64,000 nt of DNA from Candidatus Heimdallarchaeota archaeon (lineage in GTDB: Archaea > Asgardarchaeota > Heimdallarchaeia > Hodarchaeales > Hodarchaeaceae), in assembly GCA_048881705.1 (NCBI GenBank), contig JBHLSH010000001.1, positions 96,001-160,000 of the forward strand. Direction: 5' to 3'. Position 1 is the stretch's first letter. Every line of letters begins with the position of its first letter. The notes beneath the pieces were generated by a model. The model was not told the DNA's origin, searched no databases, and saw only the letters and a list, made by a program, of their open reading frames with translations. Positions 28,228 to 37,715 of the stretch are shown in pieces. The translations under genes and the position numbers were made by a program.

Positions 28228-29496
28228 TTGACAGAAGATGATCCGATGTACCTTATTCGTCGCATATTTCGTGTTGATCCACGTATTGAGCTGAAAAAAG
28301 GACAAAAAGCCTTTGACCAGCGAAATTTCAAATCAGCTCTCAAATCATTTGAAAAGGCCTTCAAACGGCTAAGTAACGTTGATATGCAGATAATGGCACT
28401 GGATAACGCTGCGCTTTGTGCAGAAAAGGCTTCCCTGTTTGAGAAGGCCACAGAACTATATTATCAATTAATTCTTCTAAAATTATCCCATAAAACTACA
28501 AAGCCATCTAGATTGGTTATGTCGGACATTAACCGTGCCATGGCGGTAGCCAGATTAAGTCCAAAACCCATCATTCCCATTTCCAAGTTTTTGTTGATGA
28601 AATTCTTGATATTCCTGGGCGAGAACGACCTTGATAAGCTAATCCCGTTTTATGAAAAGCTGAATCACGAGGTAAACGATGAATATAAGGCGGCTATTGA
28701 CACCACTTGGGAACTAATTCACACACAAGATACGTATGTACAGAAAAAACCCCTGCCTGAAATAGATTTGCCTAGGGAGTTTTTATCTGTGAGGCAGGAA
28801 GCAGAGCATTTTATGCAACGCCTTTCCCTGTGCCAGGTAACGTCCCTTACGCTTGATAACTCAAAATCTCTTGAAAAAGGCACGCCTTTCTCAATTTCCG
28901 GATCTTTTACCGTACACGCTGAACTAGCAATCGTATCCATTAGCCTGAGAATTGGCTCACACGGAAGAATAGTATCGTCAAACTTACCACAACTACCCAT
29001 TACCATGACAGAAGGCGCAAGCCAAATGGTACATTATTCATTGATTCCTAATTTACCGGGCAAATGGACCATAGGCCCATTAACTGTCGTTTACAGAATC
29101 CCCGCTGACCATAATACGAGCCAGGAGTATTCTGTGGTCTCAAAAACCCTAATCGCCTCCATCAAGGAAGCACCCCCTGCATTACAACTCTCGATGGTCT
29201 ATGAAACCATGGAAGAAGATCATGAATACACGATTACTATTAGTGCGGAAAACATAGGTAAAACTAGTTTACAGGATCTTAAAATTATTTTGGAAATTCC
29301 AGATGGAGTTGAATTGGGAACCGGTACAGAGCAGAAAACCATTGGTATCTTAGGCCAAGGAGAAGTCTTTTCTTATGAATTAAAGGTACAGTTCTCAATG
29401 GACCGAACGCATTTCGAAGGACATATCCTTAAAGCTGCAGGATATATCCAGAATAAACGCTTAGCTAAATGCTCTCTTAAGATTGGCGGTAGTTGA
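28228..29496 (+). CDS. TPR/alpha-solenoid plus two Ig-like beta-sandwich domains
   Basis: N-terminal TPR helices GQKAFDQRNFKSALKSFEKA. C-terminal GKWTIGPLTVVY and ITISAENIG...LKIILEIPDGVEL (CARDB/BatD-like strands). Confidence 0.65.
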   Translation: MTEDDPMYLIRRIFRVDPRIELKKGQKAFDQRNFKSALKSFEKAFKRLSNVDMQIMALDNAALCAEKASLFEKATELYYQLILLKLSHKTTKPSRLVMSDINRAMAVARLSPKPIIPISKFLLMKFLIFLGENDLDKLIPFYEKLNHEVNDEYKAAIDTTWELIHTQDTYVQKKPLPEIDLPREFLSVRQEAEHFMQRLSLCQVTSLTLDNSKSLEKGTPFSISGSFTVHAELAIVSISLRIGSHGRIVSSNLPQLPITMTEGASQMVHYSLIPNLPGKWTIGPLTVVYRIPADHNTSQEYSVVSKTLIASIKEAPPALQLSMVYETMEEDHEYTITISAENIGKTSLQDLKIILEIPDGVELGTGTEQKTIGILGQGEVFSYELKVQFSMDRTHFEGHILKAAGYIQNKRLAKCSLKIGGS

Positions 29497-29544
29497 TGGT
29501 AGAACCTTTTTCATTCATTCAGAGAACAGAAAAGGCAGGATATG

Positions 29545-29829
29545 TTACTTAAGCCGCGTTATAACCATTAATTCCCCCTTCAACTGCTCTATCGTAGCCC
29601 TCGGAAGGTGGGGTGTGACAGAATAGAGCGTTTGTCTCATATCATTTAAACAGGGATATTTTCTGACATATTCCTGATCAAGTAGCAATTTTAACGCATA
29701 CCTGACAGACCGCGTCGAGCACGAGACTTTTTTGACGATTTCTTTTGAGCTCAAAGGACCTTCGTTAATGATGATACTGTAGACTTCTTTGGCCGATCGT
29801 GGTAAATTGGCTAAAACCGTCTCCGACAC
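29545..29829 (-). CDS. Small archaeal winged-helix DNA-binding protein
   Basis: LPRSAKEVY...EGPLSSKEI...RSVRYALK...NDMRQTLY; paralog of 863-1141. Confidence 0.82.
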   Translation of the reverse strand: MSETVLANLPRSAKEVYSIIINEGPLSSKEIVKKVSCSTRSVRYALKLLLDQEYVRKYPCLNDMRQTLYSVTPHLPRATIEQLKGELMVITRLK

Positions 29830-29957
29830 TAGATAACCATCCTAGAGCTTCAATGGCTTCTTTAACTGTCAAATGCTCATTCTTTTAAATAAAGTTGTCT
29901 TTTAGTGCAATCGTAGAGAATGGGAACTCGAGTGCGGATGGATTAAAAAATCGACTT

Positions 29958-32150
29958 CTAAGTTGGTCGCAATCCAAGTCGCGTAATAAATGTGCTGTAA
30001 TACGCGTAGCAATCAATCGACTCTTTCTCTCCTAGTGTCACAGAAGAATGCACAATACGGTTCCTTATGTTTCGGTAATGTATAATCTTTTTGCTACTAG
30101 GTAGATCATATCCATGCGTTCTGAGTTCTTCAACCTGCATTGTAAAATCTGGCTTAGATAGGAGGTTCAGCGAGACAATCTGCTGGTAACGGACAAAAAG
30201 GAGGTTTTTGACCGCTGTGTCAGCTTTTATTACAAAAAGCTCGTAGTTTTTTTCCTTAAAGGCCCGCTTGGCTTGATTCCATAATACCCGGACATAATTG
30301 ATATTCTTGATTATTTGATCAAGATCTAATTGCTGAACAGGTTCTATTCCAGAATCGGAAGCTCGCTGGTAGTTTTGTATAACATAAGAGAGGCGATTAT
30401 TGAGCTGATTATATGCAAAAATTGGAGACACATTCACGAATAGCACAGGAATTACCAGAATGGTCAGGGGGAGAATCAGAACAAGCAGAAGATTTGTAAT
30501 TCCGTCTATATAGAAGGGGAGGAAATTCTGAGAGAGAAACAGATAGCTTAGAAGATTTAGACTCGTATAAAGGATCGCGCCTATAAAAAAATAGATTAGC
30601 CACTCCACTTTGCGGCGTAACCGTCTGGAAAATACCAAGGTTTCTTCTTCAGTTGATTCAACACAACTAATCAGAGCATAGGTGGATACAGGAATACTCG
30701 CGACTCTGACTAGGATAGAATCTTCCGGAACTTCGTCTAGTTTATATATTCCTCTAAAACTATCTTTGAGCAGTTTATAGGTTTCCTTTCGGTGTGCTGG
30801 AACGGACCATTGGTTGACCCGAAACCATTTTCCTTTAATATCCAGGTAGATCAGGTAGCCCGGGAGTGCTACTAGGGTACTGATTATCAAGAGAAGTCCA
30901 GAGACATCCCAAACGAAAGGACGGGGTGGTTGAATCTCTAAATGAATATAAAACACTCCTATGGCATTATCTTGGGGAGATACAACAAGATAATAGGTTC
31001 CTATATCGAGTAACAGTGTGTTTGTTATATTTATTTCGCCATCACGATCCTGCTGTTCTTCAGCTGCCCTAAATATCGGATTTTGCCCCCCTTCAGCAAA
31101 AATTTCGACAATTGCCAAATCAAGAACTTCTGATGTGGTACGATTATCTTCAAATAGCCAAATAAATATCCCCGTCCGACTATGATTCACCTGAAACGCA
31201 AAATAGTATTCCTTGGCGGTCCACTCCTGATTAATTCTCACAGGTGTTGTATGGTTATCCTGTAGCTTCCCTGCCGTTTGAAAGCTATATAAAGCCGGCG
31301 CCGCGTTAAAAGAAATATTGTACAATCCTATCTGGGAGGTCTCTTGGTTATGTTCGATTTCAATGATGTAAGTGGCTTGAGTTCCAGCATTCCAAGAAAA
31401 GTTATACCCCCCACGAATTTCCGTAAACGGGAGAACAGGGTTTTGGAGAAAATTTTCTCTATATATTCCCAATCGCGCCTTAAAAAGCACACTTGAGTCA
31501 ACTTCCTTTAAAACTAGGGTTCCATTCTGGTTTTTATTAAGAAAGATTTTCCAATAATGAATTTCATGGGGAATCGTGAAATTAGCCATCCATGGGATTG
31601 GTTCCACTTCAAGGGCCTTATCCTCACTATACGAAACCATTGGAATGGAGACCAAGATTTCGTAGGTCGCATTCATGTCTCTAACAATTCGTGTATCATT
31701 AACTTGGAGGATCCAATCCCCTGAGATTGGGGTAGTGAATGATCCCAAATAGGGAGAAAATCCACTGGAGTCGCTACGGATATGATTGAAGGATACCCCG
31801 TCAGAGGTGTAAAGCCCTACCGTGAATTCAGATTTCGAATATGGAGCTTTTGGATCCACAGAAAAATAGATTACCTGTTCTATAGGGATGTTTTCAATTC
31901 TCCAGTTATGTGACATTGAAATATTCGAAAACACTCCGATTTGAGGAATTCCGTGTGTCAAAATGACTTGATTGGGAAAATCATTCGATTCTTCTTCAGC
32001 AGAAATAGGTATCACGTCTATAAAAGAGGAAAGGAGTACCGAAATTATCGCCAACCACATTAAAAAGAGTTTAGGAGAATTTTTTCTCGAAATATTTCGC
32101 TTAGGGATACCAATGAATGCCAAAGTATGATTTTTCATTGTTGTAGACAC
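29958..32150 (-). CDS. Signal peptide, extracellular beta-sandwich repeats, 3 TM helices, and a C-terminal HEPN-like domain
   Basis: Hydrophobic N-terminal segment; repeats ending in GxW/Y.L.V or Y.I.I (PPC-like); three TM segments; C-terminal AKRAFKEKNYELFVIKADTAVK...YRNIRNRIVH with the RxxxxH motif at 30065-30048. Confidence 0.75.
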   Translation of the reverse strand: MSTTMKNHTLAFIGIPKRNISRKNSPKLFLMWLAIISVLLSSFIDVIPISAEEESNDFPNQVILTHGIPQIGVFSNISMSHNWRIENIPIEQVIYFSVDPKAPYSKSEFTVGLYTSDGVSFNHIRSDSSGFSPYLGSFTTPISGDWILQVNDTRIVRDMNATYEILVSIPMVSYSEDKALEVEPIPWMANFTIPHEIHYWKIFLNKNQNGTLVLKEVDSSVLFKARLGIYRENFLQNPVLPFTEIRGGYNFSWNAGTQATYIIEIEHNQETSQIGLYNISFNAAPALYSFQTAGKLQDNHTTPVRINQEWTAKEYYFAFQVNHSRTGIFIWLFEDNRTTSEVLDLAIVEIFAEGGQNPIFRAAEEQQDRDGEINITNTLLLDIGTYYLVVSPQDNAIGVFYIHLEIQPPRPFVWDVSGLLLIISTLVALPGYLIYLDIKGKWFRVNQWSVPAHRKETYKLLKDSFRGIYKLDEVPEDSILVRVASIPVSTYALISCVESTEEETLVFSRRLRRKVEWLIYFFIGAILYTSLNLLSYLFLSQNFLPFYIDGITNLLLVLILPLTILVIPVLFVNVSPIFAYNQLNNRLSYVIQNYQRASDSGIEPVQQLDLDQIIKNINYVRVLWNQAKRAFKEKNYELFVIKADTAVKNLLFVRYQQIVSLNLLSKPDFTMQVEELRTHGYDLPSSKKIIHYRNIRNRIVHSSVTLGEKESIDCYAYYSTFITRLGLRPT

Positions 32151-32376
32151 TTTTTATCCATTTAATTCTCCTAGAGGTTCTATGGATCAGGATTTCTGAA
32201 TAAAAGATATGATAACGAGAGAACAATAACAATGTTTTAAAAACTCGGGGGACAGGATTCTACCGAGTAATGATTGATACTCAATTTCCCAGCTTAAAAA
32301 AGAATTTCATTCCGCGCTGATCGAAACCACAGTTTGGTAAACATAAAAACCATAATAGGCAAATCTGGCGATAAAT

Positions 32377-33009
32377 GTGCATTCTTCGGTTCGACTTGTT
32401 AAGAAAAGGCTTCAATTAAGTCAAAAAAAGTGGAACCAAATCCAAAACCACTCATTACGGACAGTTAATTCGATCCTAACAGTACTTTCACGACTGAATA
32501 TGATTCAAGCGAGACCCGAGGTTTTTTCTGAACTGTTATTAAAGGAATTCGTGGATATACCAGATCGCCTTGCATATCGACTTGCTGACATTATCAATAA
32601 AAACCTTGCAGACTTGAATCGCTATCTCTCTCAATTTTCAGATGTATTAAAAGAGATGCGGAAAATCGAAACACAATTTCGGCTTGATTTTTCAGAGCTT
32701 GCCAAGAAAAAGGTTTTAGGTGAAAACCCTGTTGGAGGAGAGCATGATCTGGAGGTTATTGAGCAGGCTGAGCTGACTATCCAAAAGATCGTAGATATGT
32801 ACGAAACGGAATTGTCTCTTCGTCAGGCAATCATTGCTGAAATTCAGGATATGACAGCCTTACAACCAGCTCATATCACGGCTTACTTGGTCTTATGGTC
32901 TTCCGAAATCTATATCGAGCCAAACAAGATCGTCGAGCTGATTGAAGAGTTTACCCACGTTGAGAAAATCTATCGCCAATCCTATGATTCTTTACCAAAA
33001 TCACGCTGA
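32377..33009 (+). CDS. All-helical protein, candidate C1orf109/AIRIM (CA109-like) homolog
   Basis: KKWNQIQ...NSILTVLSRLNMIQ...LKEFVDIPDRL...DMYETELSLRQAII...LVLW pattern; resemblance recalled from memory only. Confidence 0.55.
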   Translation: MHSSVRLVKKRLQLSQKKWNQIQNHSLRTVNSILTVLSRLNMIQARPEVFSELLLKEFVDIPDRLAYRLADIINKNLADLNRYLSQFSDVLKEMRKIETQFRLDFSELAKKKVLGENPVGGEHDLEVIEQAELTIQKIVDMYETELSLRQAIIAEIQDMTALQPAHITAYLVLWSSEIYIEPNKIVELIEEFTHVEKIYRQSYDSLPKSR

Positions 33010-33014
33010 AGAAT

Positions 33015-34418
33015 TCAACTTGCGTGGTAATTTCCTCTGTGTAATAAGGTGTTAATTGACCCTTTTTGGAATTCTTGGATCAAAACTTGTTGAACTAGAT
33101 CATTAACGGCATATGCAGGTTCTCCTTGTCCCAGGAGGGTTTTAACTAGATTCATCGTAAATTCGAGATCTTTACGCGCATGATGTTCATTACCTTCTGC
33201 ATATATGGCTACTCCTCTAAGTTGTGCATTATCAGGGCCGGTTTGGGAAGTAAACACACATTGTTTGTCGCCAGCGGTCAAATGATCTGGAGTATGTCCA
33301 ATGAGATCGGAACTCATTGATTGAATTGCCGAAAATAACCCCGTGTACAAACAAACTTCTTGCCCAGCTGGACGATGGCTAGCAAAAAGAGGTAACCCTC
33401 CATCTTCAAAGATATAGACTTCGGACTCAGTAAAAATCTGTCCTAGTACTTTGTATCGCCCATCTTCATCTGGGGAGTTTTCTATATCTAAAACGCTAGT
33501 ATCGACACCATTAACGCCTTGTGAAGTATCCAGCGAGGTTATCAAGCTATCTATCTCTTGGAGCGGGGCTGGCAATACTGCTTCGATCGGATGGTTATCT
33601 GTCAGCATGAGAGCCATTGTATATTCGGGAAAACAAGACCCTACTACATTCGAAAAATGATTTTGGAGATCTTTTCCAAATGTGGTCGAGAGTCGCCCAA
33701 CAATTCTGTTCATTTCTTTCAAACTTAAAGGATCCTGCGAATGGACAGTAACGAAGAGAGTTTCGAGTTTTTCAAGGTTTTCTGGTTGACTTATAGCCAA
33801 CATCTGTCCTGCCTTATCTATTGCATCCATCGTACAAGTTTCAAGGGCGGGAGATGATGAAAATCCGTAGAATAATTGTTCTGTGTTTCCAAAAATCTGA
33901 ATGAGATCAGAAAACGTTACACCCAATCCCTTTGGAGATTGAAAAACTGAGATAATGGAATCTAGAAGTACTAGAAATTCCCAACGAGATTGTTCTTCTT
34001 TGGAATCTAGGTGGAAATAGCTTCCTGGAATTAATTTGTGATCTTCCTTTTCGAAACCCGTTCCTATGTCAATCAAAAGAGGGATTGCCCCATTACTTCG
34101 GATTGAGTCAAGAACTCGCATCAGGATTGGAAGTGTAGTTGTATCAGAGGAATTAAAAATAAATAGCAAAAAATAGGCGTTTAATAGATTATGTACTTGC
34201 GACAAAACGGCTTCAGAATTGAAAACAATTATTTGATCACACAGATCATCCGAGACAGGATGAGCGGTAAGGTGCAATAGTGGCAGACGCGCCTCTTCTC
34301 TTACATCCAAGTACTCTCGGATGATATCCAAGGCGGAAGGAATATCTCCGATGCAGACTATTTTTCCACGAGGTCGAAAATACCCTAATAGGGCACTATC
34401 TTCAATAGTCATGTTCAA
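33015..34418 (-). CDS. Degenerate FtsZ/tubulin-like domain fused to a C-terminal longin-like domain
   Basis: KIVCIG; LLFIFNSSDTTTLPIL in place of GGGTGTG; SPKGLGVTFSDL in place of PGLINVDFAD; TLFVTVHSQDPLSLKEM...YTMALMLT (FtsZ C-domain). Then EVYIFEDGGLPLF...LYTGLFSAIQSMS. Confidence 0.65.
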   Translation of the reverse strand: MNMTIEDSALLGYFRPRGKIVCIGDIPSALDIIREYLDVREEARLPLLHLTAHPVSDDLCDQIIVFNSEAVLSQVHNLLNAYFLLFIFNSSDTTTLPILMRVLDSIRSNGAIPLLIDIGTGFEKEDHKLIPGSYFHLDSKEEQSRWEFLVLLDSIISVFQSPKGLGVTFSDLIQIFGNTEQLFYGFSSSPALETCTMDAIDKAGQMLAISQPENLEKLETLFVTVHSQDPLSLKEMNRIVGRLSTTFGKDLQNHFSNVVGSCFPEYTMALMLTDNHPIEAVLPAPLQEIDSLITSLDTSQGVNGVDTSVLDIENSPDEDGRYKVLGQIFTESEVYIFEDGGLPLFASHRPAGQEVCLYTGLFSAIQSMSSDLIGHTPDHLTAGDKQCVFTSQTGPDNAQLRGVAIYAEGNEHHARKDLEFTMNLVKTLLGQGEPAYAVNDLVQQVLIQEFQKGSINTLLHRGNYHAS

Positions 34419-34677
34419 AGCTATTTCTCTTCTTCAATGTTAACCTAGTTTTCTGTTTAGCTGTTGTCTTGATAGAATTGGGTGAAAACAAGGATCGGAT
34501 TAAAAGTGGGGGAGTCTACCTCATTAACCGCCATATCATGTTGGAGTTATCAGATCCTAGTTACTTCACAGTTCATCCAGATTAACTAATTTTCCGAAAA
34601 AGATGAGGCGAAAATAAAAAAACCATCGAAACTCGAACTCCATTGAAACAAATTACACTGAAGAGAACGAACTTTCA

Positions 34678-36597
34678 ATGAGCTTTGAAATCAACAAATG
34701 TGATGGTCAGGGAAGAGCAGGCATTTGGAAAGAAGGGAACCTTGGAACGCCAACCTTCGTTAATCTCTGTTCATCGGCATTTCCGACATCACAATCCGAT
34801 TTTCTTGGATTCACACAAATCCCAAAGCATAATACAAGCGAACTCTATCATTCGGGTAATACCAAAGCACGAGACGGAGGAGATGATACTAAATTTCCTA
34901 ATTGCTATGTATATCCCTCGCTGCAGGTTCAAGGAAAGTCAATACGTGATCTCAGACAGATTACGGATTTTTTTCCTGAAAATACGATCCATAAATCATC
35001 TTCTCATCGATCTTTTCATTTAATCCCCTGGGATTTACCTACTATCTATCTCGATGGATTTGGTGAATATGTTACGACTCTCAATAATCTTGAAGAACAG
35101 AATCCTTCAAGCAACTTACAATTCTTTCTAAATGTGCCATTTAGAAAGGAAATACTCAATAATAACCTTCCAAAACTGATGGCCAAATCGATTGTGGGGA
35201 TCAGCTTAGGGGATCTTTCAGCAGTTGTCTCAAATCCCAAATCACTCATCGAATATATCAATCGAATTAGGTCATGGATGTCTCCTCGACGATTATTGTA
35301 TGCTCCTGGTATTCCAATTACATACATCCCGATATTGGTGTACCTTGGAGTTGATATTTTCGATTTTTTGCAGCTGGAATTAATTTCAGGGGCCACACCT
35401 TATCGACCTGGCGTATTATTTGAGCAAAACCCTTCCCTCATCAAATTCATTGATATTTTAGAACAGACACAGAATGCACTCATGGAAGGAACCTTAAGGG
35501 ATATGGTAAGAGTTTTTGCAAATGCATATCCACCTCTTAAAGCTATCCTGCGTCGAATTGACCAAGATATCCCGGTAGAGGGTACGCCACTTTATAGAAC
35601 CCAAAGATTATTGTGTACAGATGAAACAGACTTCACTAGACCCGAAGTGTCCTCTTTTCGTGAACGGGTACGTTCACGTTATTTTCCCTCACCCAAGACT
35701 GAAGGGATAATATTTCTCCCGTGTTCGGCCAAAAAACCATATTCTACATCAAAATCGCATGCCAGATTTAAAGGTACAATAAAACGGGCCATAAAACGCC
35801 GGCGCCACTTGATCCAGGAAATAATTTTAACCAGTCCTTTGGGAGTGGTGCCCCGAGAACTAGAATACACATATCCTGCGGGACATTATGACATACCGGT
35901 GACCGATTATTGGACAATTGAAGAGAAAAGTCATATAACCGAAGACATTCGAAACCTCTTGGCGAAACTTGATCCATCTTTACCCCTTGTTGGCTTTGTA
36001 AGGGGAACCGATCGTGAAATCTTAGCCGAAGCTTGCGATCAAGAAGGTCGTACTATTCATCTCGCCGACCCCGATATCGGGCATTTAACGTCCCCTGAAA
36101 GTCTCCGACACTTCAGTACTCTCTTAAGGGCGGCTTTTGGAGGGATTACCATAAATGAAACATCCTCCAGCCGTCTATTATTCCTCAGAACAATAGCTGA
36201 TTTTCAATTTGGAAAAGGAACGGGAAACTTGTTACTTCCCGATCAGGCAAGAATATCAGGCCATCTAGATCATGGATTGCGGGTAACGATGGATGGAAAA
36301 CATCTTGTTACGTTTCGCCCCGAAACAGGATTACTGACATTATCTCTCGCTGCTGGGCAACGAATAATGAACTATACTGAGAATATTGTTGTATTTGACG
36401 GTGAAAAAATCCAGGGTTCCACAATTTTTGCTCTCGGTATAATTCACGCCAATACTGCCATCCGCCCCAATGATGAAGTCTTGGTTGTGAACAAGGAAGG
36501 ACAGCTAATTGCAGTAGGAACATCATATCTTTCAGGCTGCCTATTGGTTGAAATGAATCGGGGAAAAGGAATAAAAATACGGCAAAAAGTGAATTAA
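34678..36597 (+). CDS. arcS: Archaeosine synthase subunit alpha with PUA domain
   Basis: TGT-like N-terminus, LPCSAKKPYSTSKSH, TSPLGVVPRELE...YPAGHYDIPVT, ADFQFG and a C-terminal PUA domain. Confidence 0.92.
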   Translation: MSFEINKCDGQGRAGIWKEGNLGTPTFVNLCSSAFPTSQSDFLGFTQIPKHNTSELYHSGNTKARDGGDDTKFPNCYVYPSLQVQGKSIRDLRQITDFFPENTIHKSSSHRSFHLIPWDLPTIYLDGFGEYVTTLNNLEEQNPSSNLQFFLNVPFRKEILNNNLPKLMAKSIVGISLGDLSAVVSNPKSLIEYINRIRSWMSPRRLLYAPGIPITYIPILVYLGVDIFDFLQLELISGATPYRPGVLFEQNPSLIKFIDILEQTQNALMEGTLRDMVRVFANAYPPLKAILRRIDQDIPVEGTPLYRTQRLLCTDETDFTRPEVSSFRERVRSRYFPSPKTEGIIFLPCSAKKPYSTSKSHARFKGTIKRAIKRRRHLIQEIILTSPLGVVPRELEYTYPAGHYDIPVTDYWTIEEKSHITEDIRNLLAKLDPSLPLVGFVRGTDREILAEACDQEGRTIHLADPDIGHLTSPESLRHFSTLLRAAFGGITINETSSSRLLFLRTIADFQFGKGTGNLLLPDQARISGHLDHGLRVTMDGKHLVTFRPETGLLTLSLAAGQRIMNYTENIVVFDGEKIQGSTIFALGIIHANTAIRPNDEVLVVNKEGQLIAVGTSYLSGCLLVEMNRGKGIKIRQKVN

Positions 36598-36598
36598 A

Positions 36599-37705
36599 AT
36601 GTCTCCGTCTCTAAATTTTCGTTTGGCTTCGACGATAACAAAACTTCGACATGAATATCTTGCTCTCCAAAAAGAAGATGCTCATCAAAAGCTATGGGAT
36701 AAATTCGAAAAAGGTCCCGGATTTAATACTTTGACGGTCGTAATCCCTACAAGGGGGTGTAGCTGGGCATTGTCTGGAAATGGCGGGTGTTCTATGTGTG
36801 GATATGTCAATGATTCCTCCCGGGATCAACCTATCCCCTCTGAGCGAATCTTAAGAAATATAAGAAATCAACTATTAGAAAATCACGAGGAAAAACCTAT
36901 TCATCTGAAGATCTATAACTCTGGAAGTTTTTTTGATCAATGGGATGTTCCGAAAAATCTTCGTGACCAGCTAATTAGGCTTATTCAAGAAACTCCGAAT
37001 GTATTCAAGCTAAGTGTAGAAAGTAAATCGGAATATATCCTCTCCTGTTTTGATCTTATCAAGGAAGCTGCCAAACAATTGGCTCCTAAAGAGCTAGAGA
37101 TCGGTATTGGATTAGAAAGTTCAAACGATGCAATCATAAGGGATTGCCACAATAAAGGCACCTCCTTGGATGTGTATAACCAAAGTGTGCAGCTACTTCG
37201 GCCCTTAGGGGTTCGAATCAAGACCTATATACTTATAAAACCCCCCTTTCTTACCGAAGCCGATTCTATAAGAGATGCTATCCAAACAGCTATCGAAGCA
37301 GCCAAGATCGGAACTGATATCATTTCTTTCAGTCCGTGCACCGTTCAAAGCGGAACCTTGGTAGACTTTCTTTATAGACAGGACCGATACCAACCACCTT
37401 GGCTATGGTCAGTTCTTTACATTGTCCGAGAGATTCGCTCTCTTTACCCATCACTACCTATCATCTGTGATCCAGTCGCTGCAGGAAAACCGAGAGGAGC
37501 CCACAACTGTGGAAAATGCGATACACAGGTACTTGAAGAAATTAATAGAATGACAGCTTCCGAAAGCATCCCTCGGAATCTTTCTGAACTTTCTGACATC
37601 TGTACCTGTCATTACAAGTGGATACGTTTGGTACAAACCCCAATCGAAATTTTCCGCTCACGAAACCTTTCGCAGCTACGAAAGTCATACCCTTTAGAAA
37701 ACTAA
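36599..37705 (+). CDS. Archaeosine biosynthesis radical SAM protein RaSEA
   Basis: TRGCSWA...GGCSMCGY, YNSGSFFD, GLES, YILIKPPFLTE, YQPPWLWS and RGAHNCGKCD motifs; 1 nt after arcS. Confidence 0.92.
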   Translation: MSPSLNFRLASTITKLRHEYLALQKEDAHQKLWDKFEKGPGFNTLTVVIPTRGCSWALSGNGGCSMCGYVNDSSRDQPIPSERILRNIRNQLLENHEEKPIHLKIYNSGSFFDQWDVPKNLRDQLIRLIQETPNVFKLSVESKSEYILSCFDLIKEAAKQLAPKELEIGIGLESSNDAIIRDCHNKGTSLDVYNQSVQLLRPLGVRIKTYILIKPPFLTEADSIRDAIQTAIEAAKIGTDIISFSPCTVQSGTLVDFLYRQDRYQPPWLWSVLYIVREIRSLYPSLPIICDPVAAGKPRGAHNCGKCDTQVLEEINRMTASESIPRNLSELSDICTCHYKWIRLVQTPIEIFRSRNLSQLRKSYPLEN

Positions 37706-37715
37706 CCTCTCACTC

